This document shows, piece by piece, positions 9,650 to 19,878 of a DNA stretch of 64,000 nucleotides. A model generated the notes under the pieces. The model was given only the letters and a program-made list of their open reading frames with translations, did no database searches and had not been told where the DNA came from. The DNA is from Planctomycetota bacterium. GTDB taxonomy: Bacteria; Planctomycetota; B15-G4; JADJEK01. A program made the translations under genes and the position numbers. The stretch's first letter is position 1. Every line of letters starts with the position of its first letter. The stretch spans positions 374,465 to 438,464 of the forward strand of contig JBGAIQ010000001.1 of assembly GCA_044225365.1 (NCBI GenBank), in the 5' to 3' direction.

Positions 9650-11677
9650 CTACCCGAGTTCGAGTTGGCGCTTCGCGTCGACGGCGTCGCGATTGATGCG
9701 CTCCATCGCGCGTTCGATCTTGGCGGCGAATTCGGGTTTGCCCCGGATCGCTTTCTTCAACTGGCGCATCAACTGGATCGTGAGGCGGAAGACCCGCACG
9801 AGGTCGCCCTGCGACGCCGAGCAGAGGTCGGTCATGTCCTGGAGCGAGGCACCTTCGGCGAAGGCCAGCATCACGCCGCCGATGTGGAAGTTGGGGGGAC
9901 GGATCGTCTGCTGCACTCCGTGGCGTTGCTCGGCTTCGACGAGTCGTCCCACGATGCGCTCGACGTCGTGCTGTTGTTCCTCGAGCACGTGGCGCGGCAT
10001 ACGCCGGTAGACGTCGCCGCGACGCTCCTCGAAGACCAGCGCGCCGACCACGATCAGGAGCTCGGTCTCGCTGAGCCACTCGAACAGCCCTGAGCAGTAG
10101 AGTTCGGCCATCGGCAGTTCGAAGCCGTTGATGAGCGCCGCGAGCTGCCCCTTCTCGGTGATCTCGTTCTCGCCGCGCACGTACTCGAATTCGCGGAGCA
10201 CCGCGAGTCGATCCGTGATCGCCTGCACCTGCCGCTGCTGGTTCTTCTCACGCCGCTTGCGCGGCATGTCGATCCACTGGTAATTGTTGAACGAGCGCTC
10301 CCACGCGTCGAAGATCTTGGGTCCGAGCACGCGGTGCAGATTGATCAATGTGGAATAAGAGAGATTGAACCGGCTGCGAATCGGCTCGATCTGCCCGTAG
10401 ATCACGGTCTTGATCGGGTCGAGCGAGCGAAGCCGCGGATCGTCGATGATGCTGTAGACCAGTCCTTCCGCATCGAGTCCCTGGCGACCTGCGCGACCCG
10501 CCATCTGCTGGTACTCGCGCGCCTTCACGAAGTCGAATCCGACGCCGTCGAACTTGCGCAGACTGGAGAACACGACGGCGCGGGCCGGCATGTTGATCCC
10601 GAGCGCGAACGTCTCGGTCGTGAAGAGCAACTTGAGGAGCCCGGAGGTGAAGAGCCGCTCGACCAGTTCCTTGTGGAGTGGCAGGAGTCCGGCGTGGTGA
10701 TAACCGACGCCGAGCTCCGCGAGATATCGCATGTGACGGAGTTCCTGGTCCATCTCCATCTGGAAGAGCTTCAGGATCTCGTCGAACATCGCGCCGATGC
10801 GGAGCGTTTCGTCCGCGCTCAACATCGAATTCTGCTGGTTCTTCGCTCGCCGCTCGCACTCCTTGCGGCTGAAGCAGAAGAACAAGATGGGGGCGGTGTG
10901 GGTCTGTTCGAGGAACTCCAGGATGTTGAACTTCGGTCCGCGTCCGCGCTTCTTCGACATCCGCGGCAATCGCGACACGCGATCCGCGCGCGTCGCTCCG
11001 GTGCCGGGGAAGAACAGATAGTGGCGGAGAGGGACGGGCCGCTCGGTGTGCTTGATGACTTCGAGTTCTTGGCCCCGGACCCGCCCGATCCAGTCGCCGA
11101 ATTGCTTCAGGTTCGAGACGGTCGCCGAGAGGCAGATGAACTTGATGTGGGGCGGAGCGAAGATGATCGACTCCTCCCAGACCGTTCCGCGCTCGAGGTC
11201 GTCCATGTAGTGAATCTCGTCGAACACGACGTAATCGACGTCATGGAATTCCTGCGGTGCCTCGAAGACCGTGTTGCGGAAGATCTCCGTCGTCATGATC
11301 AGGAGCGGCGCGAACGGATTGATCGTCACGTCGCCGGTCATGATCCCCACTTCGAGACCGGGTTGGGATTTGAAGTCGCGATACTTCTGGTTCGACAGCG
11401 CCTTGATGGGCGCGGTGTAGATCGCACGCTTCCCGCGCTTCAGCGTGCTCTCGATCGCATACTCGGCAACGAGCGTCTTGCCGGCTCCCGTCGGCGCGGA
11501 GAGCAACACGGACTTGCCCGCCTCGATCGCGCGGACAGCTTCTTCCTGGAACGGGTTGAGAGTGAATCCCCGAAAGGTGTGCGCGCCGGACGTCGCGTTC
11601 GCGACGGGTCGGCCTGTGGATTCGATGCCTGCTTCACGCTCGTCGCGTGGCCGCCGCTGCGAGCGCTTTCTGTCCAA
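9650..11677 (-). CDS. Ski2/HelY-like DEAH-box superfamily II RNA helicase
   Basis: SAPTGAGKT, YTAPIKALSNQKYRDF, FDEIHYM, LSAT, GYHHAGLLP, TETFALGINMPAR, QMAGRAGRQG and DSHCT-like C-terminus. Start uncertain: TTG 11677 has AAGGA upstream; the ORF extends to 11743. Confidence 0.93.
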   Translation of the reverse strand: MDRKRSQRRPRDEREAGIESTGRPVANATSGAHTFRGFTLNPFQEEAVRAIEAGKSVLLSAPTGAGKTLVAEYAIESTLKRGKRAIYTAPIKALSNQKYRDFKSQPGLEVGIMTGDVTINPFAPLLIMTTEIFRNTVFEAPQEFHDVDYVVFDEIHYMDDLERGTVWEESIIFAPPHIKFICLSATVSNLKQFGDWIGRVRGQELEVIKHTERPVPLRHYLFFPGTGATRADRVSRLPRMSKKRGRGPKFNILEFLEQTHTAPILFFCFSRKECERRAKNQQNSMLSADETLRIGAMFDEILKLFQMEMDQELRHMRYLAELGVGYHHAGLLPLHKELVERLFTSGLLKLLFTTETFALGINMPARAVVFSSLRKFDGVGFDFVKAREYQQMAGRAGRQGLDAEGLVYSIIDDPRLRSLDPIKTVIYGQIEPIRSRFNLSYSTLINLHRVLGPKIFDAWERSFNNYQWIDMPRKRREKNQQRQVQAITDRLAVLREFEYVRGENEITEKGQLAALINGFELPMAELYCSGLFEWLSETELLIVVGALVFEERRGDVYRRMPRHVLEEQQHDVERIVGRLVEAEQRHGVQQTIRPPNFHIGGVMLAFAEGASLQDMTDLCSASQGDLVRVFRLTIQLMRQLKKAIRGKPEFAAKIERAMERINRDAVDAKRQLELG

Positions 11678-11719
11678 GCGGCTGTTTTCCTTTCGCAGGG
11701 GGGCGGGGGAGGTCGCGCC

Positions 11720-11747
11720 ATTATCGAATGCGATCGCATTCAATCAA
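11720..11747 (-). promoter_or_regulatory. Putative sigma70 promoter of the helicase with a palindromic spacer
   Basis: Minus strand TTGATT-N16-GATAAT; the 16-nt spacer is the perfect palindrome GAATGCGATCGCATTC (11726-11741). Confidence 0.45.
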
Positions 11748-11973
11748 GCGCACAACCCGTGACCCCGAATGTAATCCGCGGGGGTCGCTTCCGGCGCTGG
11801 ATCGCTGGGAGCGTCCAATCGCTTGCGACATCGCGTCGCGGCGTGCGGAACTCTCTCGCATTCTCTTGTTGCGGCGTCCCCGTGTGATAAAGTTCGGACT
11901 CGCTCGCGCCGTGAACTGGCCGCGCGAGCACGCCGATGCTTGCCCGAACCCACTCGAAGAGGTTTTGCTACTC

Positions 11974-12237
11974 ATGGAAAAGGCGACGATCAACAACATG
12001 GAACGAGTCCTCCGCCGCTTGAGCTCGGTGAAGGTCGTCGTGGACCTCTTGAATCACGAGCTCGATCTCGCGAAGGCCGACCGTTCGGTGAATCTCGAGC
12101 GCGAGCGTCTCGAAGCGACGGTGACCACCCTCGAGATGTTCATCGACGACATCGAAGGCGTCACGCGCGCTGCGCCCGCAGCGGCAGAACCGTCGAAGAT
12201 CATCGATTCGCCGCGTTCGCCGGCGAGCCGCATCTGA
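11974..12237 (+). CDS. Small hypothetical helical protein (87 aa)
   Basis: MEKATINNMERVLRRLSSVKVVVDLLNHELDLAK...; GC3-rich codons, GAGG upstream. Confidence 0.75.
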   Translation: MEKATINNMERVLRRLSSVKVVVDLLNHELDLAKADRSVNLERERLEATVTTLEMFIDDIEGVTRAAPAAAEPSKIIDSPRSPASRI

Positions 12238-12362
12238 TTCGGTCGCGGTCTCGGCCACCGTCTTCCCGATCCTCCAACTCCTCCCAGGCCCCATCCATTC
12301 CCAAAGGGATCCGGCTGTTCGGAGCCGGCTGATTGCCGTTGGCTCGAACCAAACGGTTGCGC

Positions 12363-13298
12363 ATGGCGACGACGCGAATTCCGCGTGAGCGCGTGATCGC
12401 GGTGGCGACACCCTTGCTGCGGGTGGTCGCGGGAGGGCTCGTCGTCGCTTGTCTCTCGGCCTGTGCCTGGGTGCTCGGGCTCATGGCGATGAGCGACGAT
12501 CGATTCATGATCGATCCGCGCGTCTTGATCGAGGAGAGCCTTCCGTCCTGGATGCCCACCGCGCTGGCGATGGACATGCAGAGCAGCATCCGATCGATCG
12601 AGGCGCACTCGATCTTCGAGCCGCGACTCGGGGATCACTTGCGCAATGAACTCGTGAAGGCTTCGCCCTGGATCCGCGGCGTCTCGGAGTTCGAGCGGGT
12701 GTTCCCGAATCGGGCCCGCATCGCGCTCGAACTCGAGCGCCCCGCGATCAGCGCGGACCATCAGGGCAAGCGCTACCTGATCTCCGAGGCGGGTAAGGTG
12801 CTCGCGGCCGTCGACGCATCTCTCGAGTTCCCGTTCCCGTTCCTGGTTCTCGACGTGATGGGTGCGCGCTTCGGTCCCGTACCGGTCGTCGGCAAGATCA
12901 CGACGAACGAGGATCTCCTGCTCGCGGCCAAATCGGTCGCCGAGTTGGCGAGCATGCCCGAAGCCGATCGGGCGACCTTCGCATCGCTCCAGCCCGTGGC
13001 GATCGATCTCGATTCGGGCCACCACAATCCGCAGGTCGGCAAGGACGAGGTCTTCATTCGCCTCGCAGACAACAACGTCCTCATTCGGTGGGGCCGCCCG
13101 CGCGATACCGGTTTTGGCAAGCTCGAGATCCCGGTCGAGCGCAAGATGCAGCATCTGCGTCAGCTCATTCAGTCCTATCCCAAACTCGTGGGGCTGCAGG
13201 AAGTGCGCCTCGACCTCGCGGATGGCGTCCAATTCCTGCCGCTCGGATTCGAACGCAGTTGGCAGTTCCTCGATCCCGAACCGGCGAAGCGGCCGTAG
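12363..13298 (+). CDS. FtsQ/DivIB-like bitopic membrane protein (POTRA-like domain)
   Basis: Single N-terminal TM helix followed by SPWIRGVSEFERVFPNRARIALELERP, YLISEAGKVL and terminal VRLDL, recalling FtsQ-type patterns. Confidence 0.6.
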   Translation: MATTRIPRERVIAVATPLLRVVAGGLVVACLSACAWVLGLMAMSDDRFMIDPRVLIEESLPSWMPTALAMDMQSSIRSIEAHSIFEPRLGDHLRNELVKASPWIRGVSEFERVFPNRARIALELERPAISADHQGKRYLISEAGKVLAAVDASLEFPFPFLVLDVMGARFGPVPVVGKITTNEDLLLAAKSVAELASMPEADRATFASLQPVAIDLDSGHHNPQVGKDEVFIRLADNNVLIRWGRPRDTGFGKLEIPVERKMQHLRQLIQSYPKLVGLQEVRLDLADGVQFLPLGFERSWQFLDPEPAKRP

Positions 13299-13330
13299 TC
13301 ACGAACCACGAGAACGTGTCCGTTCCGGGC

Positions 13331-13358
13331 TTGACTTCCCTTCGCCGATTCGTACGCT
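13331..13358 (+). promoter_or_regulatory. Putative sigma70 promoter of rplM-rpsI
   Basis: TTGACT-N16-TACGCT about 40 bp upstream of rplM. Confidence 0.45.
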
Positions 13359-13400
13359 AGCGCCTTTTTCCGCGCACCTTTGCAAGTTGTCAGGAGCAGG

Positions 13401-13844
13401 ATGCCGATGGGCTGTTTCATGGCCAAGCCGGGTGAAGTCGCGCCGCGATGGCTCGTCGTCGATGCGACCGACCAGGTCCTCGGTCGTCTCGCGACGAAGA
13501 TCGCGATGGCGCTGATGGGCAAGCATCGCCCGCAGTACACCCCGCACGTCGAGTGTGGTGATTTCGTGATCGTGGTCAACGCCGACAAGATCCGCGTGTC
13601 GCCTCCGACCCGTTCGCGCAAGCGAATGATCACGTGGCACACGCATTACTTCGGCGGGCTGAAGCGGGTTCCCGTCGAGGTGGAGCACAAGAAGGATCCC
13701 GACCGCGTCGTGACCCTCGCCGTGCGTCGCATGTTGCCGAAGACGAAGCTCGGCCGCACGATGATCTCGAAGTTGAAGGTCTATGCGGGTCCTGCGCATC
13801 CGCACACCGCGCAGCAGCCGCAGCCGTTTCCAGAGCGCATCTGA
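13401..13844 (+). CDS. rplM: 50S ribosomal protein L13
   Basis: WLVVDATDQVLGRLAT, GKHRPQYTPHVECGDFVIVVNA, RRMLPKTKLGR, LKVYAGPAHPHTAQQP. Confidence 0.98.
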   Translation: MPMGCFMAKPGEVAPRWLVVDATDQVLGRLATKIAMALMGKHRPQYTPHVECGDFVIVVNADKIRVSPPTRSRKRMITWHTHYFGGLKRVPVEVEHKKDPDRVVTLAVRRMLPKTKLGRTMISKLKVYAGPAHPHTAQQPQPFPERI

Positions 13845-13922
13845 GGAACGATCGGGCCGCAAACCCCGCTGACAAGTATTCCACAGCCCTACCAGAGCGA
13901 GTGAGTCCTCGGAGAACCGTAA

Positions 13923-14384
13923 GTGACCGATCACGATAACGCCGCCATGACGACGGAACAGCCTGCGGTCGAGACGCCGCGCTTCACGCGCGCGATCGAC
14001 GGCTTCATCTGGGGCACGGGCCGCCGCAAGACGTCCGTGGCGCGAGTCCGACTGAAGTACGGCGAAGGCAAGATCACCGTCAACAACAAGGACTACAAGG
14101 AGCACTTCCCGACGATCCTGGCGCAGCTCCAGGTGCTCGGGCCCTTGAACCTGACGGGCGTGCCGGGCAAGTTCGACGTCCACATCACGGTCGACGGTGG
14201 TGGGCTCACGGGTCAAGCCGGCGCCTGCACGCTGGGCCTCGGACGCGCGCTGAAGGAACTCGAGCCGAGCCTCGAGCACCAGCTTCGCGAGGCCGGTTAT
14301 CTGACGCGCGACAGCCGCATGAAGGAACGCAAGAAGTACGGTCTGCGCGGTGCGCGCCGTGCTTTCCAGTTCAGCAAGCGCTGA
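13923..14384 (+). CDS. rpsI: 30S ribosomal protein S9
   Basis: [49 protein letters not shown]. Confidence 0.98.
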   Translation: MTDHDNAAMTTEQPAVETPRFTRAIDGFIWGTGRRKTSVARVRLKYGEGKITVNNKDYKEHFPTILAQLQVLGPLNLTGVPGKFDVHITVDGGGLTGQAGACTLGLGRALKELEPSLEHQLREAGYLTRDSRMKERKKYGLRGARRAFQFSKR

Positions 14385-14520
14385 TCGGCGAGATCCGATT
14401 TCCATCCGCCGCGGCTCGGGCCCTTGGTCCGTGCTGCGGCGTGTTATTCTCAGGGGCCTCGTTCGCCGTGGTGCGTGATCGCGCGCCCGTCGAGAGCGAG
14501 GGAGTCGTGAGGTCATCGAG

Positions 14521-15279
14521 ATGGCTGGGCATTCACAGTTCGCCAACATCAAGCATCGCAAGGGTGCCGTCGACAAGAAGCGGGCACGCATCTTCTCGGT
14601 GCACGCGAAGGCGATCATCACCGCAGCGCGGCTCGGCGGCGGCGATCCCAAGATGAATGCGCGTCTCGCGCTCGCGATCGAGAAGGCTCGCGCGGACAAC
14701 CTCCCGAAGGACAACATCGAGCGTGCCATCAAGAAGGGGACGGGCACCCTCGAAGGAGCGAATCAGATCGAGGACATCCGCTACGAGGCCTATGGCCCGA
14801 GCGGCGTTGCCCTCCTCGTCGACTGCATGACCGACAACCGCAATCGGACTGCGCCCGAGATCCGCGGGATCTTCGAGATGAGCGGTGGCCGGCTCGCGGA
14901 CACGGGATCCGTCAACTGGCTGTTCGACAGCCGCGCACTGGTCGCGGTGAAGGCGAACGGCGTGGACGAGGACAAGCTCACGGAGGTCATCATGGACCTC
15001 GGTGCGGACGATCTGAAGAAGGATGGCGAGGAGTATCGGATCCTCGGCGAACCGTCGTCGCTCGCCAAGCTGACGCAAGGCGTGAAGGCCGCGGGCTTCG
15101 AGGTCGTCAAGTCCGAGATGACGATGATCGCGAAGAACCCGATCACCATCGATTTCGACACGGCCGTGAAGGTGCTCGACCTCATCGACTCGCTCGAGGA
15201 ACACGAGGACGTGAACAACTGGTTCGCGAACTTCGAGATCCCGCCCGAGGTCCTCGAGCAGCTCGAGAAGGCGCCTTGA
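14521..15279 (+). CDS. yebC: YebC/PmpR family protein
   Basis: MAGHSQFANIKHRKG, YEAYGPSGVA, TDNRNRT, LEEHEDV. Confidence 0.96.
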   Translation: MAGHSQFANIKHRKGAVDKKRARIFSVHAKAIITAARLGGGDPKMNARLALAIEKARADNLPKDNIERAIKKGTGTLEGANQIEDIRYEAYGPSGVALLVDCMTDNRNRTAPEIRGIFEMSGGRLADTGSVNWLFDSRALVAVKANGVDEDKLTEVIMDLGADDLKKDGEEYRILGEPSSLAKLTQGVKAAGFEVVKSEMTMIAKNPITIDFDTAVKVLDLIDSLEEHEDVNNWFANFEIPPEVLEQLEKAP

Positions 15280-15298
15280 AGCGGCGCTCCGCTTTTTT
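15279..15298 (+). terminator. Intrinsic terminator after yebC
   Basis: AAGCGG-CGCT-CCGCTT followed by TTTT. Confidence 0.65.
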
Positions 15299-15446
15299 GG
15301 GATTTTCGCTCAAGATCGGTCGGACTCGTCGTCGATAAGAGTCAGGGCGGGCGGGTTCCATTCCGCGCGTCCTTGCATCCCGATCCCGGAATCGGCCCGA
15401 GCCAAGAAGCGAGCTGATTCCACGCCATCGCCACTGGAGGTTCTCG

Positions 15447-16445
15447 ATGTCGAACGCGAAGTCGAAGGGCAAGCGCGCGCTGGTCGTGCGCATGGACGAG
15501 AGTGGCCGCAGCGCCGTCGTGCGCTTCCTCGAGCGGAACGGCTACCAGGTCCAGGCGACCGGCAACGGCGCCGAGGGACTGTCGCTGCTTCGTGAACAGA
15601 ATCCAGACCTCCTCGTCACCGACGGCGTGCTACCGAAGGTCACCGGTTTCGAACTATGTAGGGAAGCCAAGCGGGCAGGCGGCACGGCGACGGCGGTGGC
15701 GCTCATCATCGAAGAGGGTGACGGCTACGGCCGCGGCCGCGCTCGCGCCGAGGGCGCGGATCTGCTGCTCACCGAGCCGGTCCTCGAGGACGATCTCGCC
15801 GAGGTGCTCGGCGTCAAGGCGGGCGACGGCGGAGCGATCGAGTCGGTCCTGTCGTCGAGTGGCGGCGGGGGTCGCGATCGCTTCTTGAAGGAACTGCTGC
15901 GCGTACCGGGCAAGACCGATCCGATCGTGAACCGCATCAGCGATCCGCTGACGGGCCTGCATCACCGCGGGTACATGGCGCTCAAGCTCGACGAGGAATT
16001 CAAGAAGAGCAAGCGCTACTCCACGCCGCTGTCGCTCATCTTCGTCGACATCGACAACTACTCGGATGTCGTGGAGCGATCCGGTCGCCCCCTCGCCCAG
16101 GAGATGCTCCTCGAGGTCGCGGGCGTGTTCCTCTGCGAGTCTCGCGATGTCGATTGCGCGGGCCGTGTCGACGATGCGCGATTCATGCTGCTGTTGCCGA
16201 GCACGGATCTCTCCGGCGCGCGCATCATGGCGAATCGAGTGTTCGACCAGGTGTGCAGTCGGAAGGTGGCGGGTCAGAAGGGTGACATCGCGATTCGCTG
16301 CAGCGTCGGTATCGCTGCGTTGCCGTCGGAGGACGTCGATACCGTCGACGCATTCGCCGATCATGCGCTGCGGGCGATGAAGACCGCGGCGAACATGGGC
16401 GGCAATCGGATCTGCGCCTTCGGCGACGTCGCGACTCCCGCCTGA
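15447..16445 (+). CDS. Receiver + degenerate GGDEF-domain protein
   Basis: REC domain (PDLLVTDGVLPKVTGFELC); GGDEF-domain motifs DPLTGL, FVDID, CSVGIA, GGNR, but active-site loop reads GRVDDARF. Confidence 0.88.
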   Translation: MSNAKSKGKRALVVRMDESGRSAVVRFLERNGYQVQATGNGAEGLSLLREQNPDLLVTDGVLPKVTGFELCREAKRAGGTATAVALIIEEGDGYGRGRARAEGADLLLTEPVLEDDLAEVLGVKAGDGGAIESVLSSSGGGGRDRFLKELLRVPGKTDPIVNRISDPLTGLHHRGYMALKLDEEFKKSKRYSTPLSLIFVDIDNYSDVVERSGRPLAQEMLLEVAGVFLCESRDVDCAGRVDDARFMLLLPSTDLSGARIMANRVFDQVCSRKVAGQKGDIAIRCSVGIAALPSEDVDTVDAFADHALRAMKTAANMGGNRICAFGDVATPA

Positions 16446-16465
16446 ATTCGACTCTCCGCTCATTC

Positions 16466-16501
16466 GAAACGGGCGCCTCGCCATCGCGAGTCGCCCGTTT
16501 C
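16466..16501. terminator. Hairpin between convergent GGDEF gene and ppdK
   Basis: GAAACGGGCG...CGCCCGTTTC inverted repeat. Confidence 0.6.
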
Positions 16502-16533
16502 TCACTGCATGCGAAGGGAGATCGACCGCGCGA

Positions 16534-19155
<2,622 letters not shown>

Positions 19156-19202
19156 CTTGCGTCCTCCGTACTCGAATGGGATCGGCGCGGGCGCGCGATC
19201 GA

Positions 19203-19835
19203 TCAGGTGTTTCCTCGATGAGTGGCGGCAATCGCGCTGTCGAGCCCGGGGAATGCGTCGATCACCCAATGCTGGAACAATTCGATCGTCTCGCCGGGCT
19301 TCTTGCTCGTCACTTCGAGATCGGGATCGACGATCTCGATGCGGAAGCGCCCCTTGTCCTCTTCGAGCGCGTCGATCACGACATTGCGCGCGAATCCGTG
19401 CGTCTTCCTCCCGTCGGGGTGGTAGACGATGTACTCGGGCTCGTTCACCAGTTCGATGACGAGCGGCGGATCGGCGCCGAGATCGATCGTCGCCTTCACG
19501 CGATTGCCGCCGGCTTCACGAGCGAGGTGGACCCGACCGTCGAGGCTTCGATTCGCGATGAAACGGACCGCGAGCGGGTCCTTCTCACGAAGATACGCCC
19601 GCGCGATCGAGTAGCTGCCGAGGGATCCCACGCTCTGCTTCAAGTGTTCGGAGAAGCAGCGATACTCTTCGTCGGCGTTGTCGCAGGAGAACGCGCGATG
19701 GAAGCTCGTGATCGTGTTCTCGGGCGTGGTGCGATCGTACCCCGAGCATTCGGCGCACCCGGTCGACAGCGCGGCGCAAGCGAGGAGGAAAGCGGCGCAC
19801 GAGCCGCGCACGAGGTGACGGAGTGCGAGCATCAT
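19203..19835 (-). CDS. Hypothetical lipoprotein
   Basis: Signal peptide with lipobox-like LSTGC; GC3-rich codons; co-oriented with its neighbours. Confidence 0.75.
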   Translation of the reverse strand: MMLALRHLVRGSCAAFLLACAALSTGCAECSGYDRTTPENTITSFHRAFSCDNADEEYRCFSEHLKQSVGSLGSYSIARAYLREKDPLAVRFIANRSLDGRVHLAREAGGNRVKATIDLGADPPLVIELVNEPEYIVYHPDGRKTHGFARNVVIDALEEDKGRFRIEIVDPDLEVTSKKPGETIELFQHWVIDAFPGLDSAIAATHRGNT

Positions 19836-19878
19836 CCCGCGAAGTTAGGGGCGCTTCGCGCCGGGTCAATCGGCGGCG

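Noticed and set aside
9456-11743. Terminal inverted repeats of a mobile element carrying the helicase
   Set aside because: Only 11 bp, with no transposase and no target-site duplication seen; better read as promoter or operator motifs.
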